This document shows positions 53,267 to 63,669 of a DNA stretch of 64,000 nucleotides, piece after piece. The notes under the pieces are model-generated. The model made no database searches. It worked only from the letters and a program-made list of their open reading frames with translations, and was not told the DNA's origin. Position 1 is the stretch's first letter. Each line of letters starts with the position of its first letter. Source of the stretch: an uncultured virus (IMG/VR IMGVR_UViG_3300021559_000006) (lineage: Duplodnaviria > Heunggongvirae > Uroviricota > Caudoviricetes); IMG/VR virus record IMGVR_UViG_3300021559_000006, one strand, 5' to 3'. The position numbers were made by a program, and so were the translations under genes.

Positions 53267-53674
53267 GTGACCGAGATCCGAGCCCTGACGATCCGCCAGC
53301 CCTGGGCCGACGCGATCGCCCACGGTGAGAAGCGCACCGAGAACCGCAGTCGGCGCACCAATTACACCGGGAAGGTGCTGATCCACGCCGGTCTGACCGG
53401 CGACCGGGAGGCGGTCGTCATCGCTGGGGTCTGGCCCGGTCCGGATGTCCGTGGCGCAGTGATCGCAGTCGCCGACCTGGTCGGTTGCCACCAGGCAGCG
53501 AAGGGGTGCTGCGCGCCGTGGGGCTTCGAGGATTGCTGGCATTGGGTGCTGTCGGACGTGCGCCCGCTGCCGCGCCCGATCCCGGCCAAGGGACGCCTCG
53601 GCCTGTGGATTCCCGACGCCGACCTGCTGGCCGCTGTCGAGGCGCAGTACACGGAGATGGAGGTGGCGTGGTGA
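53267..53674 (+). CDS. ASCH domain protein
   Basis: ALTIRQPWA...GEKRTENR...LIHAG...KGRLGLW. Confidence 0.9.
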   Translation: MTEIRALTIRQPWADAIAHGEKRTENRSRRTNYTGKVLIHAGLTGDREAVVIAGVWPGPDVRGAVIAVADLVGCHQAAKGCCAPWGFEDCWHWVLSDVRPLPRPIPAKGRLGLWIPDADLLAAVEAQYTEMEVAW

Positions 53675-54051
53675 ACGAGGTCGAGGAGCTGCGAGCCGAG
53701 GTTGCCCGCCTCACGGAGCAGCTCGCTGCGCAGGCTGTGGCCCCGGAGCTTCCCGCCGAGTACGAGGGTGAGCCGATCGCGTGGCGTCCCTGGGAGGCCG
53801 CGCCGGTGATCCTGTGCTCCCGCAACGGGGACCTCAACGGGTGCCCGCAGTGCGACCATCCCGGGCCGTCGATGCTCGCGTTCGGGCTCGCCGGCCCCGG
53901 GCATCCGCTGATCCGGTTCAACGCGAACCGCTGTCCTGCCTGTCAGGAGATGCGGGTGTACTTCCGGGACTACAGCGACAAGTACCGGATCGGCGCGCGC
54001 CTGGTCGAGATCGCATACCACCCGCCGCGCACCATCGCCCGCAGCACCTGA
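53671..54051 (+). CDS. Hypothetical zinc-ribbon protein
   Basis: CPQC and CPAC; overlap with the ASCH stop. Confidence 0.55.
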   Translation: MNEVEELRAEVARLTEQLAAQAVAPELPAEYEGEPIAWRPWEAAPVILCSRNGDLNGCPQCDHPGPSMLAFGLAGPGHPLIRFNANRCPACQEMRVYFRDYSDKYRIGARLVEIAYHPPRTIARST

Positions 54052-54087
54052 CCCCTGCCCGCCCCAACCCTCACGAACGGAACCCTC

Positions 54088-54459
54088 ATGACCACGAACG
54101 ACGCGGGCATCACCTACGGCCCGAACGGGATCCGCTGCGGCTGCGGGAAGGACGCCCACTCCAACCTCAGCCCGTGCCACGCCATCGACGTCGGCCCCGG
54201 GATGCGATCCGCTGACATCCCCGACGCCGGCCAGGGCACCCCGGACTACGGAACCTGCCCGAGCTGCAGCAAGCGGGATGTGCGCCTGAACAAGGACGGC
54301 ACCGTGCGCCAGCACTGGAAGCGGGGCTGGACCCGGCGCGAGGGCAACCCGCCCTGCGGGGGGTCGGGAGAGAAGCCGACGGTCCTCAATGCCGGACGCA
54401 CCGCCCGGCACCTCGCAGAGGTCCGCCGCACTGCCTACGACCAGCCCGACAAGATCTGA
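54088..54459 (+). CDS. Cys-rich hypothetical protein
   Basis: CPSC...GTVRQH...CGGSG. Confidence 0.55.
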   Translation: MTTNDAGITYGPNGIRCGCGKDAHSNLSPCHAIDVGPGMRSADIPDAGQGTPDYGTCPSCSKRDVRLNKDGTVRQHWKRGWTRREGNPPCGGSGEKPTVLNAGRTARHLAEVRRTAYDQPDKI

Positions 54460-54466
54460 GGCCACC

Positions 54467-54811
54467 ATGACCGACCCGCGTATCGAAACCTTGACCCGCG
54501 CCCGTCTCGAAGTCGAGTACGAGTGGCTGCACAAGCGCCCCTGCCCGGACTACGTCGGCTTTAACGCCCGCGAGCGCGCCGAGTGCGAACGCGAGCTGCA
54601 AGCCTGGCTTCCGGCGTTCGAGCGGGCCGGTTGGTCCGACGCGAACAGCGGGCCGCTGATCGACGCGGACCGGCTGCGGACACTCCGCCTGGTCCTGGCT
54701 GCGATCGAGGACCGGTCGCTGCGGAACGGGCTGGGCTGGGAATCGGCCCGCGACATCGTCCAGGGAATGATCGACGCCAGTCCCAAACCCGACGACGCCC
54801 CCGCCGCCTGA
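54467..54811 (+). CDS. Hypothetical protein
   Basis: GAGG RBS then ATG. Confidence 0.5.
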   Translation: MTDPRIETLTRARLEVEYEWLHKRPCPDYVGFNARERAECERELQAWLPAFERAGWSDANSGPLIDADRLRTLRLVLAAIEDRSLRNGLGWESARDIVQGMIDASPKPDDAPAA

Positions 54812-54868
54812 CCCCCCTGACCGCCGCCTGCGGGTATTGGTCCGCGGCAGACCGAAGGAGCAGCACCC

Positions 54869-55348
54869 ATGGGAATTAGCACCAGCGCGAAACTGATCTA
54901 CGGCTACCGACTCCGCAACGAGAACGACGGCTGGCTCGTCAAGGAAGTCCACGACGACGACAGCCCCGAGTACGGCCTCAAGCTCGACTGGCTCGGCGAG
55001 GACGACGACGACTTCCAGGACAAGGCCGAGGACCGGCTCCTCGCCGCAGCCGGATTCGAGGACACCGGCTACGAGGAAGACCCCGACGCATGGCGTGCCC
55101 GCCGCAAAGAGGCGCGCGCCAGGGTCGCAGTCACGTTCGAGATCGGCGGCTACGAGTTCTCCGACCTGTTCCTGTCGGTCGCGACGTACAAGGCCTACCT
55201 GGGTGAGCTGGCGCAGGTGACGCCGGGTGGCCTTCTCGTCCAGTCCGGTGCGGTAGCAGACGATCGTCTCGCTTCCGCCCTGGCCACCCTCGGCCTGACG
55301 CCGTTGCAGGAGCAGCCGGCGTGGCTGCTGACCGCCTGCCGAGGCTGA
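54869..55348 (+). CDS. Acidic hypothetical protein
   Basis: AAGGAG RBS; MGISTSAKLIYGY. Confidence 0.7.
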   Translation: MGISTSAKLIYGYRLRNENDGWLVKEVHDDDSPEYGLKLDWLGEDDDDFQDKAEDRLLAAAGFEDTGYEEDPDAWRARRKEARARVAVTFEIGGYEFSDLFLSVATYKAYLGELAQVTPGGLLVQSGAVADDRLASALATLGLTPLQEQPAWLLTACRG

Positions 55349-55771
55349 CCCGCCTCCGCCGCGAGCTCGCCCGCTGGGCGCCAGCGTTCGGCGGGTTCGC
55401 CGTCTCCCTCGGCGTCAGCGACATGCTCAGCCGCCACTGGTACGGGACGGCCGGTGATGTGGCGCTCATCGTGGCCGGGGTCCTGTGCCTCGCCTGCTGG
55501 GTAGGGCAGACGATCCACGACACCAACGAGCGGCTGCGGCAGGAGATTCTTCTCTGCGCCCGCATCTGGCCCGGCTTGCAGGCGCGTGAGATCGGCGAGA
55601 AGTGCCACCTCAGGCCCGGCCGCCTGTACCCGCTCCTCGACCAGCTGGTCGAAGCCGGCGAGTTGCTGCGCGACCGGGACGGCAGCCGGCTCACGTACCG
55701 CGCCAACACCTGACCCCGCCCACTGCTGCCGTCTGGTTTCCCGGCCGGGCGGCCAACCCGAAGGAGCCGTG

Positions 55772-56023
55772 ATGACCACCGCCCGCGATGACCTGATCGA
55801 CGCGCTATGCGAGGAAGGCGCGTACACCGCCGAGTCCGCCATCCACCTCGCCGACACCCACCACAACGCCGTAATCGAGGAGGCCATCACCAGCCTCCAC
55901 CAGCTCTGGCTCCTGGCCCCGGACTCGGAACGTGCGCCCGGCCTGAACTTCGCCATCGGGGCCCTCATGGCGCGGAAGAAGCGCAAGGCCAGCCAGCCCA
56001 CACCGGAAGGGGCAGCATCGTGA
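55772..56023 (+). CDS. Hypothetical protein
   Basis: AAGGAG RBS. Confidence 0.55.
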   Translation: MTTARDDLIDALCEEGAYTAESAIHLADTHHNAVIEEAITSLHQLWLLAPDSERAPGLNFAIGALMARKKRKASQPTPEGAAS

Positions 56024-56496
56024 CGACCCGCCAGGAAGCCGCCGCGAAGGCCGCAGAGTGGGCGCAGGATGCTGACAGGCACGAGCGGACCAGCCGTGAG
56101 GAGTGGCGTCAGCGCGCCCACGAGCACGCCCTCATGTGGACCGGCATAGCCGCACTGCTGCCCGAGGGGCCCGCGTGCGCGGTCACGTTCCCGGACTCCA
56201 TGAGCGATGACGACCGCGCCCGCTTCATCGCCGCATGGACCCACCCGCAGCCCACCGCCGCGCCCGAGCCGAAGCCGCCGACCGACCTCGCCAACGTGCC
56301 GGACTTTGAGCTGATCCCGGAGTGGCGTGCCCTGCTCGACCGCGAGCCGGAACCAGCGCCGCGCCTGCTCGACCGGACCGCCGTCCACGCGGTGATCCGC
56401 TTCGTCGCGAGCGCTACGGGTCGCATCGACCCGGAGAGCATCGAACTGCTCACCGACCACTGCTGGGCCACATGCGCCCGCACGTCAACGACCTGA
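56020..56496 (+). CDS. Hypothetical protein
   Basis: GTGA overlap. Confidence 0.5.
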   Translation: MTTRQEAAAKAAEWAQDADRHERTSREEWRQRAHEHALMWTGIAALLPEGPACAVTFPDSMSDDDRARFIAAWTHPQPTAAPEPKPPTDLANVPDFELIPEWRALLDREPEPAPRLLDRTAVHAVIRFVASATGRIDPESIELLTDHCWATCARTSTT

Positions 56497-56552
56497 CCGT
56501 CTGCCGCCTGGGCCTGCCGGGCGGCACCACCACCACGTAGGAGCACAACACT

Positions 56553-57200
56553 ATGCGCAAGATCCCCACCGTCTTCAAGCGCGACCCCGACGACCGGGCG
56601 CACGTCCTGCCCGTGGTCAACCCCGACTGCCAGTGGGTCCTCAACGGGGAAGGCACTGCGACCAGGAAGTACGACGGCACATGCGTCCGCCTCGACGAGG
56701 ACGGCCAGTGGTGGGCCCGGCGCGAGGTGAGGCCAGGCAAGGCCATGCCCGCGAACTACATGCCGGTGACGACCGATCCGGTCACCCACAAGGTCATGGG
56801 CTGGGAGCCGATCGAGCAGTCCGCGTTCGCGAAGTTCCACGCCGAGGCCGTGAACTGGGGCGACCACCCGCCCGCGCCGCTCAGGCCGGGCACGTATGAG
56901 CTCGTCGGCCCGAAGATCAACGGCAACCCGGAGCGGCGCGATGAGCACTGGGTCCTGTCGCACCGCAACGCCCCGATCATCAAGGCTCCGGATCGGTCCT
57001 TCGGGGCGATCCGGGCGCTCGTCCTGCGCCTCCACGAAGAGGCCGGCTGCGAGGGCATCGTCTTCCATCACCCCGACGGGCGCATGGCGAAGATCAAGGC
57101 GAGGGACTTCGAGGTGATGCCGTACACCGTCACCTGCACCTGTGACTGCCCCGAGTGCGCGGGCGGGCACGGCTGTTGCGACGGAGAGGCCAGCCGGTGA
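56553..57200 (+). CDS. Minimal RNA-ligase-like nucleotidyltransferase (DUF5565-like)
   Basis: Motif I KYDGT, motif III YELVG, motif IV EGIVF, motif V KIK. Confidence 0.78.
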   Translation: MRKIPTVFKRDPDDRAHVLPVVNPDCQWVLNGEGTATRKYDGTCVRLDEDGQWWARREVRPGKAMPANYMPVTTDPVTHKVMGWEPIEQSAFAKFHAEAVNWGDHPPAPLRPGTYELVGPKINGNPERRDEHWVLSHRNAPIIKAPDRSFGAIRALVLRLHEEAGCEGIVFHHPDGRMAKIKARDFEVMPYTVTCTCDCPECAGGHGCCDGEASR

Positions 57201-57841
57201 CGCGCCTGAGCTGCCTCATCAACGCCGACACGGCCGCCGTGCTCCTGCGTCAACCGGCAGGCGTCACCATCACCGAGACGGTGCGCCGGGCCATCACCCT
57301 GTACGACCTGCTCGACCGTGCCACGGCGGACGGGAGCCGGATCGAGTTGGTGCACGGCTGCCAGGTACGGGAACTCGTGCTGCACGGCGGGGAGGGGCAG
57401 TGATCCTCGCCTGGAGCTACCTGCTGGCCCGCTTCCGCCTCCGCTCCCACGGCACCCGTGCGCAGCGCCAGACGGCCCGCCAGCGGGACGACGCGACGCT
57501 TGTGGCGCTATGGATGGCCGCCAACCCGCAGGGGCCGCTACAGGCGGCCGGGTTCGAGATTCCGCTGAGCGGGCGCAGGCTACGGCAGGCGTTGGCGCGG
57601 CTCGCAGATGAGGCGACGGAGGCAGGCCGGTGAGGCGTTGTGTGTCCTGTCGCCGCCGGATCTGGCCGTGGCAGTCCTGGTCCGGCTGGGGGCCAGCCGG
57701 ATTCCAGGCCCGCAATGCCGACCTCGCCCAGCACACCGCGTGCATGCGCCGCCAAGCCCTCGAACGCCACCAAGGCGAGCACCAGCGCACCGGGCTCTGC
57801 AGCCTGCTCGACTGCCCGAACGACACCGCCCAGGAGGCATC

Positions 57842-58234
57842 GTGACCGACCTCGCCCGGGAGCTGCTGCGGTTCGCTCCCCGATGCACCTTCCGACTCCG
57901 TGTCCCCGTCGACGGCGGCCTGTTCCGCTACGACGACCTCTGGCCCACAAGCGGCCGGCTCAACGACGGCGAGTGGCCGTTCCTCAACCCGCCCGACATC
58001 GGGGACACGGTTGGTCTGTGGAAGCCCGACTGGCGAGTCGAGCCGAAGCCGCCGCACCCGCACGGCGTCTACCGGGTCATCGAACGGGACTGGTCCTACG
58101 CCAGCTACGGCTCCGGGGCGTGGCCGTATGGCGAGCCTGCTCCGAAGGTCGGACCGATGCTCACGCTCATCGTCGAACCGGCCGAGGGCCCGTACCGCAA
58201 CGAGGCGCCAGCCGACGAGGAGGAGACGTCGTGA
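57842..58234 (+). CDS. Hypothetical protein
   Basis: AGGAGG RBS, GTGA overlap. Confidence 0.55.
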   Translation: MTDLARELLRFAPRCTFRLRVPVDGGLFRYDDLWPTSGRLNDGEWPFLNPPDIGDTVGLWKPDWRVEPKPPHPHGVYRVIERDWSYASYGSGAWPYGEPAPKVGPMLTLIVEPAEGPYRNEAPADEEETS

Positions 58235-58716
58235 CCGACGGCCTGAACGAGTGGCGGCAGGCGGCGTACACGGCCACCCACGAACGAGACGAGGCCCGCG
58301 CTGACCTGGAGAAGTGGGACGACCTCCGCGCCGAGACTCACGAGCGGATGCGTACGGACCTCACCGAGCTGATCCAGTCGAAGTGGGATGCCGAACTCTG
58401 CGACCCCGACGCGGCGATGGCCGCCGACACGGTCCTTGACTACCTGGAGAACGACTTCGCCGGCCAGCTCGCCCGCATGCAGCAGCGCACCGAAAAGGCA
58501 GAGCAGCAGGTGCAGCGTGTCCGGGAGTTCGCAGCCAGCGACGCCCTCCAGCCGTGGGTGCGTGAGCGATTGGCCGCCGCCCTCGACCCGCCACCACCGA
58601 CATGCCCGCGCTGCCACGGGCACGGCAAGATCCCGGACTGGTCGCAGGGCCTTGATCCGGTCTACGGCGAACCCCAAGCCAAGGCATGCCCCGACTGCCA
58701 GGAGACTCCCGCATGA
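58231..58716 (+). CDS. Coiled-coil protein with C-terminal zinc finger
   Basis: CPRCHGHG...CPDC; GAGGAG RBS. Confidence 0.6.
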   Translation: MTDGLNEWRQAAYTATHERDEARADLEKWDDLRAETHERMRTDLTELIQSKWDAELCDPDAAMAADTVLDYLENDFAGQLARMQQRTEKAEQQVQRVREFAASDALQPWVRERLAAALDPPPPTCPRCHGHGKIPDWSQGLDPVYGEPQAKACPDCQETPA

Positions 58717-59033
58717 CCGATCCTCAGCTGCCCGCCGAGCATGCCGGGCACGCGATCAGCTGGGAGCCGTGGCAGACGCGGGCCGTGTGCGGGCGCGACC
58801 TGGTGCCGCAGGACTGCAGCATCTGCGGCCAGAAGACGCCCCACGAGCGCACCCTGGGCCGCGTGGACGGCTCCACGACTGTCCGGGCCAGCGCGCTGCG
58901 GTGCATGCTCTGTGGCGGCGTCCGAGCGCTCTGGCGCGAAGACCCGGCGCCGGGTGCGGCGAGGGGGAAGCTGGTGCCGCTGTGCACCGGCGCGCACGTA
59001 GAAGCATTCACCACCGAGGAGACACCCGCATGA
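58713..59033 (+). CDS. Zinc-ribbon hypothetical protein
   Basis: CSIC and CMLC; ATGA overlap. Confidence 0.5.
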   Translation: MTDPQLPAEHAGHAISWEPWQTRAVCGRDLVPQDCSICGQKTPHERTLGRVDGSTTVRASALRCMLCGGVRALWREDPAPGAARGKLVPLCTGAHVEAFTTEETPA

Positions 59034-59551
59034 CCGACGACCAGCCCGACTCCTTCGCTGCTGCTCACGCTGAGCGCGGCTACACCATCGGCGCGTACTT
59101 TCCGCCGTCGGTGCCGTGGGAGGTCGTTGACGCCGCGTTCGATCTGCTTGGGGATCACATCCACGCCTACACCGACGCGCCGTGGGATGTCAGCGTGATC
59201 GGCGGTGCCGGGGATCAACTCGGCGTCAGCGGTGAGCCGTTGCCGCCGTTCCCATACCACTTGGCGCGCTGCATGGGCTGCGATGAGTTGACGGACGACT
59301 GCACCTGCACATCCACCGAGGCGGAGATCGATGCGGCGATGGCCGCCGGTGAACCGGTCGAGATCACCGACGCCCCGGACCTGACCCGCGCCGAGTTGCA
59401 GGACCTCGCCGACGAGTTGACAGGGTCGCTGCGGCGGCGATGGAGGCGTTCAAGCCCGGCGCCGGGCCCGTGTTCTGTCACCACCCGAACGCCCAGCGGA
59501 GCGTCCGCGCAGTGCGATCGGGTTGGGGATGGAGGACGTTGGTCACGCTGA
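59030..59551 (+). CDS. Hypothetical protein (GYTIG motif); 3' end uncertain
   Basis: GAGGAG RBS, ATGA overlap. Confidence 0.5.
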   Translation: MTDDQPDSFAAAHAERGYTIGAYFPPSVPWEVVDAAFDLLGDHIHAYTDAPWDVSVIGGAGDQLGVSGEPLPPFPYHLARCMGCDELTDDCTCTSTEAEIDAAMAAGEPVEITDAPDLTRAELQDLADELTGSLRRRWRRSSPAPGPCSVTTRTPSGASAQCDRVGDGGRWSR

Positions 59552-60080
59552 CGTGCCCCGCCTGTCCGGCCTGGGCGGAGCAGGTGGACGGCGAGCCGGT
59601 TCTCGCGCCGTGGCTGCTCAATGTGGAGCGGTGTACCGAGGCGTGCGCCGAGCGGCACACGTATCGGCAGGGCTGCGGGATGCGGCCCAGCGCCCCGTTG
59701 CGTACCCCCCCAACGGCCGCAGATGAGCCGCGGTGGATCGAGGGCAACCCGGTGCCGATGCCGGCGGTGGATGCTGCAGGGCAGGCGTGGTGGAAGGGCA
59801 AGCCGTGGCCACCACGGAACGATACGGCCCCGGTGCTCCACGACCATCAGGTGTGCGAGCGGTGCGATGTGACCGACCCGTGCGGTTGCTGCGGGATTCG
59901 GTTCACTGACGGCCGGTGGGTCAACGCCGACGGCACGCCGGCCACTGTCGCCAGCGTGGCAACAGGCGGCGAGTCCGTGCCGTGGGGCGGTGACGCGCAG
60001 GACTGCAACCAGTGCACAGCAGACGGGCGGACGGGGTTGCGCCTCTGTCCTGGCCATCCGGCACCAGGCGAGGCGCAGCG

Positions 60081-60515
60081 GTGAGCGCCCGTCTGCGGCG
60101 TCCTGGCGGGCGTTGGCGGCTCCTGGTCCATCACTGGGCCGGGCGCGAGCCAGGCAGGCGCGAAGGTGGCTACGACGTGTCCCATCACGTCAGCCCTGAT
60201 CCGGCGTTCGGCGGACAGCACCCCGACAGCGCGCACTCACGGACGCACCTGATCGAGGGCACTGAGTTCGACGAGCTGGTCGTCGGGAGCTTCCTGCACG
60301 TGGAGCAGATAGGCATCGGGTTGTGGTGGATCAACGTCGGCGGAGTCGTCGTGCATGTGGAGGCTGATCGCGACGGCCGCCCGCGAGACGTGTGGGTGTG
60401 TGGACCGAAGGACTATGACGAGCCGCGTGAGGGGTGTACGTATCGATTGAACTGGGGCAAGCACGTCGAGGAACCCGGACAGGCGGGCTCCGGTTCTGTC
60501 ACGATGCCGTCATGA
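60081..60515 (+). CDS. Hypothetical protein
   Basis: GTGA overlap; FDELVVGSFLHVEQ...WWINVGG. Confidence 0.6.
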   Translation: MSARLRRPGGRWRLLVHHWAGREPGRREGGYDVSHHVSPDPAFGGQHPDSAHSRTHLIEGTEFDELVVGSFLHVEQIGIGLWWINVGGVVVHVEADRDGRPRDVWVCGPKDYDEPREGCTYRLNWGKHVEEPGQAGSGSVTMPS

Positions 60516-60679
60516 GTCCTGTCGCCGCCCCTGTGGCCGCCCCCACGCCCATCCGTCGCCGTGTGCCGCTCACCGTGCTGGCGAAGTCCCACGCGCTGCC
60601 CGGTGCTGTCCGTGAGCGGGTCCTGCCGGGTGAGAAGAAGGCTCAGGTTGAGGTGGCGGCGTTCCAGTCGTCCGTGTAG
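60512..60679 (+). CDS. FxSxx-COOH (FxsA-like) RiPP-precursor-like peptide, 55 aa
   Basis: RVPL..LA...RVL...VAAFQSSV-stop; ATGA coupling to the upstream gene. Confidence 0.72.
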   Translation: MSPVAAPVAAPTPIRRRVPLTVLAKSHALPGAVRERVLPGEKKAQVEVAAFQSSV

Positions 60680-60681
60680 CC

Positions 60682-60924
60682 GTGCCTGCCCAGCTTCCGC
60701 TGCTCCCTGAGCCCTCGGCCGGGGAGCAGCCGCTTGTGCGCTGCCGGGAATGCCGGCGGCCACTGCACGACCCGGAGTCGAGGCGGCGCGGGACCGGACC
60801 GGAGTGCCAGGTTGAAGCCTTCGCCGCACGCCGGTTCCAGGTCGACCAAGAGCCGCTGCCGGGCATGGAACAGCCCCGCCGGTTGCAGCCGGACGGGGCC
60901 AGGGTGGTGCGGGGCTCGGACTAA
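60682..60924 (+). CDS. DUF6011-like zinc-finger protein
   Basis: RCRECRRPLHDPESRRRGTGPEC. Confidence 0.7.
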   Translation: MPAQLPLLPEPSAGEQPLVRCRECRRPLHDPESRRRGTGPECQVEAFAARRFQVDQEPLPGMEQPRRLQPDGARVVRGSD

Positions 60925-61539
60925 CGAGCAGCTGTGCGTGGCACGAGAGCAGGGCCAGTCTGTCAGACCCTCGCCCTACCGTCGTGGACAGCGCAACCCG
61001 GGCCGTCACGGCGACGACCGCAGCATGGCGCAACGATGATGGCCAGTCCCGACACACGGGGACTGGCCATCGATCACTTCCGCCTCCTGCGGTTGCGCTG
61101 CCTGATCCGGTGCCGGCCGTCCAGCGCGGACGGGGCGCCGAGCCCGAAACGGGCCTGCCGGATCCGGTGCCGGCGCAGGACCTGGCGTTCGCCCCGGTTG
61201 GGTCCGGACCAGTACCAGCGGGTCATGGCGGCGCGGACTTGCTGTTCTTCGGTGTCGGTCAGGTCTGCGCCGATGACCGCCCACGACGCGAGGCCGAGGA
61301 GCTGCACCGCCGCGACACGGGACGCAAGCACGGTCACGAGGTCGCCGCCGGGTCGACGCAACTCGAGGCGAGTGCGGCCTGCAACTCGTCGCGCATCCGG
61401 GCGCACTCCCGTGGCTGCATCGGCCGCGCCCACCACGAGTCCAGCAGCGCCTGCACCCACTGGACGGTGGCCCGGTCACGCTGCGCCTGCCCCTCAGCCT
61501 CAGACGCAGCAAGCCGGGCATCCGGGTCGCGCTGATCGG

Positions 61540-61989
61540 TCATCGCACACCCCCCGCTACAACGGCCGCGGCCACCGCGAGCCACCCCTTGTGCCACGCC
61601 TGATCCAGCAGGTACGGCGAGCCAGGATCACGCTCCAACCAGCCCGCATGCCCGGTGACAGCAGCCAGCCGGGCGACTCCGCGCGGATGCGGCTCACGCC
61701 AGTGACCAGCCTGCCGATCCGCCGCATAGTGCGTGACCGCCGACACCGCGAGACCCAGGGCAGCGCGCCGCCAGTCGAGGCGCAGCCCCAGCAGCCGGTC
61801 AGCGGCCAGCAGAGCCAGGCCCTGCGTGGCCGTGTACGTGGCGACGTGCGATGCGCACGCCTGGGCACCGGCAGGACCAGGCAAGCCCTTCGCGGTCGCC
61901 TGGGCGTCGATCTGCACCCAGTGGTCGGCGACCTCGTGCGAGGCCGTGAGAACCGCGTAGGCGGCGGCGAAACGAGCGGCGTGGTTCAC
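61540..61989 (-). CDS. DUF3307-like membrane protein
   Basis: HEVADHWVQ...HVATY...THYAADR...DQAWH. Confidence 0.75.
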   Translation of the reverse strand: MNHAARFAAAYAVLTASHEVADHWVQIDAQATAKGLPGPAGAQACASHVATYTATQGLALLAADRLLGLRLDWRRAALGLAVSAVTHYAADRQAGHWREPHPRGVARLAAVTGHAGWLERDPGSPYLLDQAWHKGWLAVAAAVVAGGVR

Positions 61990-62256
61990 GGGAGGTCCTT
62001 GATGGTCTGGCCGCACTCCACGCAGCGCTCAGCCAGCAGGTGGAACGCCTCGACCGAGTCCGGGTGCTGCATCTCGTCCAGCAGGTGGTCCTGCTCGGGG
62101 ATGCCGGAGTGCGGCAGGGTAGCGACGGCGGGGGTGTGGGCTTGGGTGTACTGCTCGACGGTCATGGCTTTCTCCGGGGCTTGTCGGCGTGGTGCAGGAG
62201 TAGGGCGGCCAGAGTGAGAGCCGCGAGGGCAACGGTGAAGAGCAGGGCTGGGTTCA

Positions 62257-62601
62257 CTAGGCACCGTCCTTAACGATGCGCACGACGTTGGCGAGCGGCT
62301 TCTCGGTCATCCATGCGCGGGACGCCTCCCGCCAGGCGAGCAGCTCCTGCACCGGGTCGCGCCACCGCAGGTTGGGCCGGTCCTGGATGAACGGTGCGGT
62401 GAGGATCTGCACGGGGTCGATCTCGGCGGCCACGAACGCAGCGAAGCGCTGGGTGGTGGCCCAGTCGTCGAACCCCCACGCCCATTCGGGTTCAGCGCCG
62501 CGCAGTGCGACAGCGAACCGCGGTGCGGGTGCGGGTTCGGGCTGGCCTGTTTCGCGGCGGCCGTGCGCGGCCATATCGGCGGACAGGCTGCGGTCGGTCA
62601 T
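62257..62601 (-). CDS. Hypothetical protein
   Basis: GAGGAG RBS, ATGA overlap. Confidence 0.55.
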   Translation of the reverse strand: MTDRSLSADMAAHGRRETGQPEPAPAPRFAVALRGAEPEWAWGFDDWATTQRFAAFVAAEIDPVQILTAPFIQDRPNLRWRDPVQELLAWREASRAWMTEKPLANVVRIVKDGA

Positions 62602-62798
62602 GGGGTCGGCTCCTCGTTGCCGTCGATCCAGTCCGTCTCGATGACGCGGAAGATCCGGCCCTGGTCGATGAGGCGGTCGGTCTTGGCGACCTCGGTGATG
62701 ACGTCGTCGGCGAGGGCGTACAGCTGATCGACCCGCAGCACGATGCCGAGGCGGTCTGAGGAGTTGCCGAGGGCGGCGACGATGTCGTCACGCATCAA
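62598..62798 (-). CDS. Small hypothetical protein
   Basis: Coupled overlaps on both sides. Confidence 0.5.
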   Translation of the reverse strand: MMRDDIVAALGNSSDRLGIVLRVDQLYALADDVITEVAKTDRLIDQGRIFRVIETDWIDGNEEPTP

Positions 62799-63271
62799 CG
62801 GCTCGGCGCCCGCACAGCAGCAGCGTCCTTGCGCCAGGCGTCGACGGCACCACGGATCCGCTGGACGGCTTCACGCATGCCGTCGTCGTCCTCGTCGTGC
62901 TGGCCGTAGACCTCCTGCACGATGGCGTCGCACTCGGCGATCACCGCGTTGTGCAGGCTGTCCCGCTGGGCGAAGAACGTGCCCGCCTGGACGCGAAGAT
63001 GGTCGGCCTCGGCGGTGAGCATCTCCACGTCGGCGGCGAGGGACTGGGCGCGGTCGCGGGCGTGATTCCACGCGAACAGGTACCGGCCACGCTCGGCGGC
63101 GACCAACTCCAGGTCGGCACGCAGCCGGTCGACCTCGGCGAGCAGTGCGCAGAGGTCGGCGACGGCCTCGTGCTGTACGAGGGTCCGCCACTCGCCGCTC
63201 GCGCTGCTGCGCTCGTGACGGGCGCGGATCTCGGTGAGGCGGGCATCGGACAGGGGCAGGGGCTCAGGCAT
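62795..63271 (-). CDS. Coiled-coil hypothetical protein (LLAEVDRLRA motif)
   Basis: AAGGAG RBS; common actinophage motif. Confidence 0.65.
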   Translation of the reverse strand: MPEPLPLSDARLTEIRARHERSSASGEWRTLVQHEAVADLCALLAEVDRLRADLELVAAERGRYLFAWNHARDRAQSLAADVEMLTAEADHLRVQAGTFFAQRDSLHNAVIAECDAIVQEVYGQHDEDDDGMREAVQRIRGAVDAWRKDAAAVRAPSR

Positions 63272-63669
63272 TGCGGGTCTCCTTGGTCTGGTGGGTGCGG
63301 TGTTGGACGGTGTGGAGCAGCATCATGCGTTCGGCCTCAGCCTCGTCGACGCCGAGGATCGTGGTCGGGCACGCCGTCGACGCCGTACAGATCAGGGCGC
63401 GGCCGCCCTCGGGGATCGCGGCGTCGGCGGTGGTGAGCGTGTCCATCAGGACTCCTTCGGCGTGGTGGCCATGCGGCGGAATTCGTCGGCGACCTCGCAG
63501 TGGCAGGTCATCCAGCCGTGCTCGGCCTTCGGGTTGTGGGTGAAGCACGAGGTTCGGATCATCGCTTCGAGCTGGTTCAGTGCGGCGATGCGGATCGCGA
63601 CAGCAGTCCGGTGCCGCTCCCCGGTCCCGTTCACCTCGGCCCACACGGCAGACCAGAACCGGCGGGCGC

